A stretch of 64,000 bases of DNA from contig CAVJSS010000002.1 in assembly GCA_963652335.1 (NCBI GenBank), positions 27,718 to 91,717 of the forward strand. Direction: 5' to 3'. The notes beneath the pieces are model-generated. The model had not been told where the DNA came from. It ran no database searches and saw only the letters and a program-made list of their open reading frames with translations. Below, piece by piece: positions 46,231-54,253 of the stretch. The DNA comes from an uncultured Eubacteriales bacterium (GTDB lineage Bacteria; Bacillota_I; Bacilli_A; RFN20; CAG-826). Each line of letters opens with the position of its first letter. The stretch's first letter is position 1. A program made the translations under genes and the position numbers.

Positions 46231-46241
46231 AGCCAAGCCGT

Positions 46242-46317
46242 GGGGCATTAGCTCAGCCGGGAGAGCGCCTCGTTCGCAACGAGGAGGTCAGCGGTTCGAT
46301 CCCGCCATGCTCCACCA
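46242..46317 (+). tRNA. tRNA-Ala (anticodon CGC), CCA encoded
   Basis: 76-nt cloverleaf folded by hand: acceptor GGGGCAT/ATGCTCC with the G3:U70 alanine identity pair, D arm GCTC/GAGC, anticodon stem CCTCG/CGAGG with loop TTCGCAA, T loop TTCGATC, 3' ACCA. One A:C mismatch at positions 49:65. Confidence 0.92.
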
Positions 46318-46407
46318 AACCCATAAAACAAACACAAATAATATATAAAACATTCGCTAAGCCCTTTCTACCGAGGACAAAAAATATAAAAAATGTTACT
46401 TTTTCTA

Positions 46408-46441
46408 TTGCAACACGTTACAAAATGTATTAAAGTGTAAC
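46408..46441 (+). promoter_or_regulatory. lipoprotein-gene promoter TTGCAA-17-TAAAGT overlapped by dyad GTTACA-N13-TGTAAC
   Basis: TTGCAA 46408..46413 and TAAAGT 46431..46436. Dyad arms at 46417..46422 and 46436..46441, with extra GTTAC at 46395..46399 and GTAAC at 46459..46463. Confidence 0.55.
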
Positions 46442-46492
46442 TACGAAGGCAAAAAAGAGTAACAAAGCCTTCAATTAAAGGAGGACAAAATT

Positions 46493-48163
46493 ATGAAAGG
46501 TAAGAAATTATTGTCCATGGTCTTGGCTGCTTCAGCAGTTGCTGGATTAGCTAGCTGCAACGATACCAATTCGTCTGACCAATCCAATGCTTCGTCTGAA
46601 CTTGGAATGCACATCGGCTTCTATGATGCCAATCAATCAAACGATGAATCGGAGGTGTTCGATTATCTCATCGATGCCCTTAAAATGTCAGGGAAAAGCC
46701 TTATTTCTTCCGCTGTATCCAGCCTGATCTCAGCAGGAATGAACGCCTTGCTCAAGGAAATGGGATATGATACCCGCAGCATAACCGACAAGAAGCTCGA
46801 TCACATTTCCGAGCAAATCGACGCCTTGCAGGCCACGGTGGAAGCTGGCATCCAAAACATCATGAGACAGCAAATCGTCATCCGCAACGAAACGATAATG
46901 AACGAATTGCTTCGCAAGATCAACGAAGTCAGCGGCCCTATTTCCTCCGCTTCAAAAACGCTTAACCAAATCTGCCAAAAAGAATTGAGTGGCGAATATT
47001 CCGAAGAAACCCTTAAGCAGGAAAGACTCACGTTCGCAAAAGGGATAGACGAACTCAAATTCACATCCCTTACGGCGAACAAAGTTTGGTATTCGACTAA
47101 ATTGTTGGCCGAAGCCATCATGACTCCTAGCGCATCCCACGCTTCTTTGACTCTTTGGGATCTATACGAAGACACTTATGGAGCTATCGAATCTTGGGAC
47201 TATATGACCATTGCCCCTAGAACCCAATTCATCAGCTACCTTGCCTTCTTAGTCAATGCGATGGCTGAATATTCCAAGGCAGCCGCCGATTATGAAATCA
47301 GCTTGCTTCCTCCTGGCGATTCCAACATCACCACTATCACAGATGGCATCGAGAAGATGGTCGAATCGGTCAACAAATTGAATGGGCAATTCCAAGAACA
47401 ATTGATCGAATTCGAAAAAATCGAAAAGAAGCACGACGAAGAAAAAACCATCACCCACAGAGATCGTTCATTGGATAGCTTTGGCAACATCGTCGTAACC
47501 GATGGTATTTCTCTGTCGACCAGATTGCTTCCGACGACTGTAGGAGAAAGCAATTACAACTACCTTATCTATGATCACGATGATGGCGCTAGATGGGTCG
47601 ATACCGGTGGCGGTCAAGGCTATTGGCAACAATATGTCTATACTCTTGATTGCATCAATATGACCCCAGTCTATGAAAACATCTTCAACGAATACGTCTC
47701 TTATAACACCGCGATGGGATATACGAACTTCACTGACTTCACCATCAAGGATTACTTGGCGACAGCTGGATTCTATTGCAAGGACACAGATAAGGAAAAC
47801 TTCCTTAAGAGCGAAGGCTTCTATGCGAGAATCGGCATCATAAGCGGAGAACGTTCGGGAGGTTGGGACAACTACTATTACGATGAAATAGCAGTTAACT
47901 ACAACTTCAAAACCAGAGACCCAGGCTTTGTGACTTATTCCGAACTCAGCGTCTATCGTTCCTGGCCATGGTCCGACCGTCAATACACGACCAAAAACGA
48001 TCTTGATCACTGGTTCATCAACTTCTTGGATCCTGACCAAAAGACGCTATGTGGCGAAATAACCACGACTGTGATGCCAAAATGGGGCGAACAATACCGC
48101 GGCTACTCCAAATGGAGCAAGGCGAAAGGAACGTCCGCAACCATTCTCGACGAGCATAAGTAA
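46493..48163 (+). CDS. 556-aa lipoprotein of unknown function (helical N-domain, aromatic/Gly/Asp-rich C-domain)
   Basis: SD AAAGGAGGA. Signal peptide plus lipobox MKGKKLLSMVLAASAVAGLASC. No catalytic motif recognised. Confidence 0.8.
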   Translation: MKGKKLLSMVLAASAVAGLASCNDTNSSDQSNASSELGMHIGFYDANQSNDESEVFDYLIDALKMSGKSLISSAVSSLISAGMNALLKEMGYDTRSITDKKLDHISEQIDALQATVEAGIQNIMRQQIVIRNETIMNELLRKINEVSGPISSASKTLNQICQKELSGEYSEETLKQERLTFAKGIDELKFTSLTANKVWYSTKLLAEAIMTPSASHASLTLWDLYEDTYGAIESWDYMTIAPRTQFISYLAFLVNAMAEYSKAAADYEISLLPPGDSNITTITDGIEKMVESVNKLNGQFQEQLIEFEKIEKKHDEEKTITHRDRSLDSFGNIVVTDGISLSTRLLPTTVGESNYNYLIYDHDDGARWVDTGGGQGYWQQYVYTLDCINMTPVYENIFNEYVSYNTAMGYTNFTDFTIKDYLATAGFYCKDTDKENFLKSEGFYARIGIISGERSGGWDNYYYDEIAVNYNFKTRDPGFVTYSELSVYRSWPWSDRQYTTKNDLDHWFINFLDPDQKTLCGEITTTVMPKWGEQYRGYSKWSKAKGTSATILDEHK

Positions 48164-48172
48164 GCGATTAAC

Positions 48173-48206
48173 AATGGGAGCCATCGAATATGATGACTCC
48201 CATTTT
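48173..48206 (+). terminator. hairpin plus short T-run after the lipoprotein gene
   Basis: AATGGGAG-16 nt-CTCCCATT followed by TT. Confidence 0.5.
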
Positions 48207-48250
48207 AATTAAACATAAATTGAAAATATGTATATTATTGATAATAAACT

Positions 48251-48275
48251 GTTACTGATTTAATATAATTGTAAC
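48251..48275 (+). promoter_or_regulatory. candidate TetR operator GTTAC-N15-GTAAC overlapping the TATAAT box
   Basis: GTTAC 48251..48255, GTAAC 48271..48275, and TATAAT 48264..48269 inside the spacer. Geometry is the same as at 46417..46441. Confidence 0.5.
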
Positions 48276-48292
48276 GATATTGGAGAAAAAAT

Positions 48293-48817
48293 ATGGCTGA
48301 GAAAAACATCGAGAAAAAAATAACGGATGCTTTGTTTTCGCTTATGAAGAAAAAGGATTACAAAAGCATATCGATAACCGACATAGTAAACGAAGCTGGT
48401 TTAAGCAGGGTGACTTATTATCGCCATTTTTCTAGCAAGGAAGAAATAATCATCAAGTTTTTTCAGCTAACCAAAAACGATTTCATCAACCGACTAGGAT
48501 TGAATTCCCCCTCTAAAGAAAGTAATTACGAAGTGACAATTTTGGGATTGTTCCTTTTCTTCAAAAGCAACATCAGCATCAACAAATGCCTAAAAGAAGC
48601 CGGACTTGAAAACGAACTGCTCAAATTCCTTACCGATGAATTCATGACCAATCTTCCAGTCAAGCTTGACAAATATATGGCTTGTTTCGTAGCCGGCGCT
48701 CTTTATAACGTTCTTATCCATTGGCTGGATTCCGATTGCAAAGACCCGATTGATGAAGTGTCCAAGCCGTTTATCGAGATCCAAAATTTCGTGAGAGAAA
48801 AATCCAAAGCGAATTGA
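48293..48817 (+). CDS. TetR/AcrR-family transcriptional regulator
   Basis: N-terminal HTH SITDIVNEAGLSRVTYYRHFSSKEEII; 174 aa; GGAG SD. Confidence 0.85.
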   Translation: MAEKNIEKKITDALFSLMKKKDYKSISITDIVNEAGLSRVTYYRHFSSKEEIIIKFFQLTKNDFINRLGLNSPSKESNYEVTILGLFLFFKSNISINKCLKEAGLENELLKFLTDEFMTNLPVKLDKYMACFVAGALYNVLIHWLDSDCKDPIDEVSKPFIEIQNFVREKSKAN

Positions 48818-48829
48818 GCTTCTTCGATC

Positions 48830-48847
48830 TGAACCAAGCGTGGTTCA
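48830..48847. terminator. hairpin between convergent tetR and HAD genes
   Basis: TGAACCA-agcg-TGGTTCA. No clear T-run. Confidence 0.35.
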
Positions 48848-49528
48848 TCAACATGTCGGATCTTGCTTTATTTTCTTTAAAAACGAAGGCCAATCAGCCA
48901 CAATACCAATCGCATATTCACCCTTTTGTCTTTCTAACTTTTTGGAAGCCTCATCCATGACGGCATAAGTCACAAATCCGGCCTCATAAGCGCTTTTCAA
49001 TCCAGTGGGCATATCTTCGAAAACGATTGTTTCATCGGGGTTGAAGCCCAATCTTTTTGCGGCCTCTAAATATATATCGGGATGATTTTTGTTTTTCTTG
49101 ACGTCCGCGACATTTATTTTGGTTGTGAAGTATTTGTTCAGGTTCAATCTTTCTAAGCTTGGCTCGAATAATTCGGGGTCGCCTGCGGTGGCTAACGCTA
49201 ACTTGATTCCGTTATCATGAAAATATCTTATGACTTCCAAAACGCCTTCTTTTAACGGCAACACATTGGCATATGCGTCTTTGGCCATGGACATCCATTC
49301 GCTTGCCAATTCTTCGTCGGTTCCTTCGATCCCATATTTTTCCCTGGTTATCTTGGCGGCGCCTTTTAAGTTTGTGTGGGCGATATCTTCAAGATAGGTT
49401 GATGGATAAGGAACGTTTCTTTTAGCGAAAAAGGCGATGTCTATTTCGTGCCACAAATCGCCGCTATCCAATATGGTTCCATCGTAGTCGAATACTATCG
49501 CCTTTATTTCTCTGCCATCGATTTTCAT
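48848..49528 (-). CDS. HAD-IA hydrolase (beta-phosphoglucomutase/phosphatase-like)
   Basis: Start MKIDGREIKAIVFDYDGTILDS (DxDGT). Later LATAG and FEDMPTG motifs. Confidence 0.8.
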   Translation of the reverse strand: MKIDGREIKAIVFDYDGTILDSGDLWHEIDIAFFAKRNVPYPSTYLEDIAHTNLKGAAKITREKYGIEGTDEELASEWMSMAKDAYANVLPLKEGVLEVIRYFHDNGIKLALATAGDPELFEPSLERLNLNKYFTTKINVADVKKNKNHPDIYLEAAKRLGFNPDETIVFEDMPTGLKSAYEAGFVTYAVMDEASKKLERQKGEYAIGIVADWPSFLKKIKQDPTC

Positions 49529-49582
49529 TTGCTTAATGATAAACAAACTTCGAATGGTGGGCAAAACCATTGTTTGGGTAAT

Positions 49583-50737
49583 TCAATCCTTCAAAGCCTT
49601 GGCTAATTGAACGATCTGTTCTTTGTTTCCCTCATTCATCGAAGACAATATCTTAACCGTTGGTTCAACATAGGCTAAGTTTTTGCAATTTGCCAATTTG
49701 TCTTTGATGACACGTGCCGCCATAGGTGCCCAAGAACCGTTTTCGATCAATCCGATCTTTTTGTTTTGGAAGTTTCGTTCGACCAACCCGTTCAAGAATT
49801 CGTTCATGAACGGGAAGACGCTCCCATTGTAGGTAATGCTGGCTAAAACGATCTTGCCGTATCTGAAGGCATCTTCTATATCTTCGGCCATGTCGGTTCT
49901 GGCTAAATCGTTGACGACGACTTTCTTGCACCCCTCTTCTTCTAGCTTTTTGGATAGGAAATCGACGGCTTTTTTCGTGTTTCCATAGACGGAATCATAG
50001 AAAATGGCCACGCCCTCTGATTCGGTTTCGTATGAAGACCAAATGTCATAAAGCTTTAGATAATGTTTCAAATCATCTTCCAAGATTGGCCCATGAAGAG
50101 GGCAAATGGATCTGATTTCCAAATTGGCCGCTTTCTTAAGGACAGCTTGGACTTGAGGACCGTATTTCCCAACTATTCCGATGTAATAACGTCTGGCTTC
50201 GCAATCCCATTCGTCATCTTTTGAATCTAAAGCTCCAAATTTGCCAAAGGCATCGGCAGAGAACAATATTTTGTCGGTCGAATCGTAAGTGAACATGACC
50301 TCTGGCCAATGGACCATCGGGGCAAAAACGAAATTAAGGATGTGCTTGCCAAGTTCCAATTTGTCCCCGTCTTTCACGACTAATTTGTTTTTGATCTCAG
50401 TATGGAAAAACTGTTCCATCATCTTGATGGCTTTTTGGTTGGAGACGACTATAGCGTCAGGATAGGCCTCCAAAAACGTTATGATGTTGGCTGAGTGGTC
50501 TGGCTCCATATGTTGGACGACCAAATAAGTCGGTTTCCTGCCGTTTAAGGCCGTTTTTATGTTGTTTAGCCATTCTTCTCCGAAATGTTCATCAACCGTG
50601 TCCATCACGGTAATTTTTTCATCCAAGATGATATAAGAATTATAGGATATTCCATCTGGCACTTTGTAATATCCTTCGAACAAGTCAATGCTGTGGTCAT
50701 TGACTCCGACATAGATTATGTCTTTTGAGTTTTTCAT
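49583..50737 (-). CDS. fprA: flavodiiron protein (metallo-beta-lactamase-like plus flavodoxin domains)
   Basis: ATG 50737 with an AGGAGG SD. Di-iron motif VVQHMEPDHSAN and flavodoxin-like VAIFYDSVYGNTKKAV. Confidence 0.75.
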   Translation of the reverse strand: MKNSKDIIYVGVNDHSIDLFEGYYKVPDGISYNSYIILDEKITVMDTVDEHFGEEWLNNIKTALNGRKPTYLVVQHMEPDHSANIITFLEAYPDAIVVSNQKAIKMMEQFFHTEIKNKLVVKDGDKLELGKHILNFVFAPMVHWPEVMFTYDSTDKILFSADAFGKFGALDSKDDEWDCEARRYYIGIVGKYGPQVQAVLKKAANLEIRSICPLHGPILEDDLKHYLKLYDIWSSYETESEGVAIFYDSVYGNTKKAVDFLSKKLEEEGCKKVVVNDLARTDMAEDIEDAFRYGKIVLASITYNGSVFPFMNEFLNGLVERNFQNKKIGLIENGSWAPMAARVIKDKLANCKNLAYVEPTVKILSSMNEGNKEQIVQLAKALKD

Positions 50738-50777
50738 AAAAACCTCCTGGTTTTTTTGCACCGCTAGTATAACCGAT

Positions 50778-50839
50778 TGGATACCCTCTAGATAGATAAA
50801 TGCTTAACGCAATCAAGAATGTTAGCCAAAGGGTATCCA
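50778..50839. promoter_or_regulatory. 10-bp inverted repeat TGGATACCCT / AGGGTATCCA with 42-nt spacer in the fprA/rmuC divergent region
   Basis: Arms at 50778..50787 and 50830..50839. The right arm sits just upstream of TGtGATAAT (50843..50851), the likely rmuC extended -10. Confidence 0.3.
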
Positions 50840-50873
50840 TCGTGTGATAATTCTATGAAAAGAGGTAAAAAAC

Positions 50874-52112
50874 ATGGAAATCGCAATCATCGTCCTTCTA
50901 TCTATCGTTTTAGTGGCAATCGTTGTTTTAATCATCGTTTTATCGACCAAAAAGCATCCTGAAGTCGACAGCAAAGAACTGGCCGCCAATCGCGAGCAAA
51001 ACATCATCAATTCAGTTTCTTCCGTCAAAGAGAGCATTCCGCTTTTGGTGAAAAATGCGATTCTCAACGAAATGGTTCAAATCAACAAAGACGTTCAATC
51101 TTCCTCTGAGAAGAACCAAAAAGCTTTGTTCGAATTCCAAGAGAAAATCGAAAGGAAGCTCGATGAAAAGATCGATTCTCTTAATAAGAAGGTCGACACG
51201 AATCTCAATGACATAAAAGAAAAGGTAGACAAATCTTTGATCGATGGATTCAAAGGAACGGGTGACTCCATGGCCCAACTTCAAAAGGCTTTGGGCGAGA
51301 TGAGCCATGCCCAAGAAAACATCAAAGCCTTATCGGGTGAAGTAATATCATTGAAATCGGTCTTAAGCAACAATCAAGGCCGCGGACGTTTTGGCGAAAT
51401 CCAGCTTGAAATGCTTCTTGCCTCGATGTTTGGCGAACCCAACAAAGGCGTTCTATATGATGTCCAATATAAACTGACCGATCAGCTTAAGCCTGATGCG
51501 GTGGTTTTCATGGACGGAGAAGCCAACGGAGATGCGATTCTTTGCATTGATTCGAAATTCGCCATCCATGGATATGACAGCCTTTTCGACAATTCTTCGG
51601 AATTGACTCGCGAAGAAAAAGACGTGATGAAGAAAAACTTCAAAAACGCATTAAAGTCCCAAATAGATGAGGTATCCAAATACGTGATCGATGGGAAAAC
51701 GTTGAACACGGCGATAATGTTCATCCCTAATGATGGGATATTTGCCTTCGTGGAAAACGAATATCCAGATTTGAGCGAATATGCGCGCAGACAATCCGTC
51801 GTTATGACCTGCCCAACGATCATCCAGCCTTTGATCGCGGCATTGAGGGTTATCCAAAACGATTCCAAGAAGAACAAGAATTTGATGAAGATCAATGATG
51901 CTCTTGCGGCCCTTGGCAAAGAATTCAAGCGTTTCGCAGATCGCTGGGATTCATTGGAAAAGACAATATCATCCCTTTCCAGCAAATCGAATTATTTTAA
52001 TACGACAGTCAAAAAACTTGATGACAAATTCAAGAAAATATCAGGTGGAGTTATTGAACGCATTGACTTCGATGAGAATGGTAATGATGTAGTAGAAAAC
52101 AATGAAAAATAA
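50874..52112 (+). CDS. rmuC: DNA recombination protein RmuC
   Basis: N-terminal TM, long coiled-coil, and a C-terminal RmuC-type nuclease region (RGRFGEIQLE...KPDAVVF...IDSKF...MFIPNDG). Confidence 0.85.
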   Translation: MEIAIIVLLSIVLVAIVVLIIVLSTKKHPEVDSKELAANREQNIINSVSSVKESIPLLVKNAILNEMVQINKDVQSSSEKNQKALFEFQEKIERKLDEKIDSLNKKVDTNLNDIKEKVDKSLIDGFKGTGDSMAQLQKALGEMSHAQENIKALSGEVISLKSVLSNNQGRGRFGEIQLEMLLASMFGEPNKGVLYDVQYKLTDQLKPDAVVFMDGEANGDAILCIDSKFAIHGYDSLFDNSSELTREEKDVMKKNFKNALKSQIDEVSKYVIDGKTLNTAIMFIPNDGIFAFVENEYPDLSEYARRQSVVMTCPTIIQPLIAALRVIQNDSKKNKNLMKINDALAALGKEFKRFADRWDSLEKTISSLSSKSNYFNTTVKKLDDKFKKISGGVIERIDFDENGNDVVENNEK

Positions 52113-52205
52113 CGTAAACTGACGCATTTTGAAAAAAAATATAAAAATTGTTTACGTGCATAGGTTAGAATTAGATAATAGAAAAATAAAGGAGGGGAAT
52201 TCCCC

Positions 52206-52607
52206 ATGAAATATTGTAAACATTGCGGCGCTGAACTCGTCGACGATGCTGTTGTCTGCCCAAAATGTGGCTGCCCTACCGATGAAGGACAAAATTTAGC
52301 CGCTAATCAAGGCGCTGTCGCTCAGCCTAAACCTGGCCTCACCGTTTCCATCGTCGCCATCAGCCTCGCTGTAGTGATGTTTTTCGTAAGCCTTTTCCTT
52401 ACGGCCATCGCTTATTATGTTTTGGCTGTTCCTGTTTTGGTTTTGGGTATTATTGGAACTGTTTATGCATCCAAATCGCTCAAGGCAGGCAAAACCCAAA
52501 AGGGCGTTGCCAGTCTCACTTGTTCGATAATTTCATTGGTTCTTTGGTTCATCGATTTGCTTTTGATCGTTTTGATCATTGTCGGTGCGCTTTCTGGATT
52601 GATTTGA
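52206..52607 (+). CDS. zinc-ribbon / multi-TM small membrane protein, paralog 2
   Basis: MKYCKHCGAELVDDAVVCPKCGC followed by TM helices. SD AAAGGAGGGG. Confidence 0.8.
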   Translation: MKYCKHCGAELVDDAVVCPKCGCPTDEGQNLAANQGAVAQPKPGLTVSIVAISLAVVMFFVSLFLTAIAYYVLAVPVLVLGIIGTVYASKSLKAGKTQKGVASLTCSIISLVLWFIDLLLIVLIIVGALSGLI

Positions 52608-52629
52608 TAATAAACTAACGAAATGTTTT

Positions 52630-52658
52630 AAAAGGCGAGGATAAGTTCCTCGCCTTTT
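52630..52658. terminator. terminator hairpin after paralog 2
   Basis: AAAGGCGAGG-ataagtt-CCTCGCCTTT. Confidence 0.6.
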
Positions 52659-53183
52659 AGCGTAAATTCTTAGAATAATTTCCACTCTTTCAAGAACGCC
52701 TATATTTTCTGGACTAAACGCCGGTTTTTTGGGTGAAAGCGGGATAAGTTTGGAAAAAGACGTCGGATCAGCCTCTTTTTCGGAATGACGGGAATGCGAA
52801 TCATTTTCAGTTTCTCTGCCGACTAAACAAAAGGAAAGACGTCTACAAAACGGCATTTTATTCCAAAAACATTGAGATTTTGCCAAATTGATGTGTTTTG
52901 GTTTGACTGGCATTTCATTCTCGTCTTTGGAAAGGGCAAAAATGGCCTTCCTTAGCAAAAACAGATAGATGTACGAAAATTTATTGCGTTAAAAAATCGC
53001 TAAAACGTCGATTATATCGATGCTTAATTGGCTATTTTTTCATTTAACTTCCGAAAATATGATCTTCAATCCAACGAAATCGTTGAAACGCTTTTCCGTG
53101 CACAGTTTGGCCGTGCTGAAGATAAAGCGATTGGCAACTTTAAAATATATGTATCAGTCCTTTTAACTCTATTTAGGGCATAC

Positions 53184-54230
53184 TCATTGCAAATGGTAAA
53201 AAGTTGCTCTACCGCTTCCTCCTTTCTTGATGATGCCTTTGTCGCAAAGTGCTTTAAGTGACTGCTCGACGGAACCTCTTCCGATTTCAGGACATAGTTC
53301 CATAATATCGTTCTTAGTGAACTTTCCAATCTTGGATTTCACTGCTTTCTCAACCATATCTATAGCTGACATCTTATGTCCGACCATATCGACTCTTTCT
53401 TCGAAGTCTCGATAGGCTGCGAGTATTGTGCCTAATAGATATTTGATGAATTGTGTGTCATCATTTTCCGATTCCATCCATCCATTAGAGCTTAGCTGCA
53501 GGGCATCGTAATAATCAGGTTTTGTGATTTGGATTTTCTTTTCAAGCGAGATGTATTTCCCGATGAAGTATCCGCTTCTATAAAGAAGAAGAGTTGTTAG
53601 CAATCTAGACATTCTTCCGTTTCCATCATTGAATGGATGGATGCAAAGAAAGTCATGGATGAAGACTGGGATAACGATCAAAGGATCCATATAGTATTTG
53701 TTGATTGCTTTATCGTATTCCTCGCAAATGGCTTCAACGGCTTCTGGAGTCTCATATGGCTCTAGAGGCTTGAAGAGAACAACCTTAGTTCCATCTGGGT
53801 ATACAGCATCAATCTCATTAGGAGTATCCTTGAACTTTCCACCAAATCGGACATCGAGGAATTGGTACATTTCCTTATGAAGTTGAAGAATAGTATTTGG
53901 CCTGATCGGGATATATTCGAAACTCTCATGAACCATATTCAATGCGTAGCGATATCCTAGGATTTCTTTCTCATTTCTGTTTCTAGGGGTTGTCTTATTT
54001 GCCATCAACTCTTTGAGTCTTTGATTAGTGGTGATGATTCCTTCGATTTCATTAGAAGCCTCAGTGCTTTGAATTTTTGATATTTCTACTAGCTTATCTA
54101 AATCTTCTTTCTTTTGTTCAAGGAAGAGTTGTTGTCTTCCTTTGAACTCATGGATGAGACCAATGTAATTGATGATTTCTTTGCCAAATTTCCTATCAAC
54201 AAGTTTTGAATAATCGAAAACCTTTCTCAT
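53184..54230 (-). CDS. fic: Fic-family protein (AMPylase-type) with N-terminal inhibitory motif and C-terminal winged-helix-like tail
   Basis: Start MRKVFDYSKL at 54230 with a GAGGTG SD. Fic motif HPFNDGNGRMSR. Upstream SNEIEG fits the (S/T)xxxE(G/N) inhibitory helix. Confidence 0.85.
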   Translation of the reverse strand: MRKVFDYSKLVDRKFGKEIINYIGLIHEFKGRQQLFLEQKKEDLDKLVEISKIQSTEASNEIEGIITTNQRLKELMANKTTPRNRNEKEILGYRYALNMVHESFEYIPIRPNTILQLHKEMYQFLDVRFGGKFKDTPNEIDAVYPDGTKVVLFKPLEPYETPEAVEAICEEYDKAINKYYMDPLIVIPVFIHDFLCIHPFNDGNGRMSRLLTTLLLYRSGYFIGKYISLEKKIQITKPDYYDALQLSSNGWMESENDDTQFIKYLLGTILAAYRDFEERVDMVGHKMSAIDMVEKAVKSKIGKFTKNDIMELCPEIGRGSVEQSLKALCDKGIIKKGGSGRATFYHLQ

Positions 54231-54253
54231 TAAAAAACACCTCATTTCATATT

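Noticed and set aside
45983-46348. 121-aa ORF in the polymerase/tRNA spacer.
   Set aside because: It reads straight through the tRNA-Ala gene and its promoter, and has no SD.
52194-52205. 12-bp palindrome GGGGAATTCCCC abutting the ATG of zinc-ribbon paralog 2.
   Set aside because: It overlaps the SD (GGAGGGG) and can form only a 4-bp stem. It is probably coincidental.
52533-52958. 141-aa minus-strand ORF downstream of fic.
   Set aside because: Its 3' third is antisense to zinc-ribbon paralog 2 and crosses the terminator hairpin. It has no SD and no protein-like composition.
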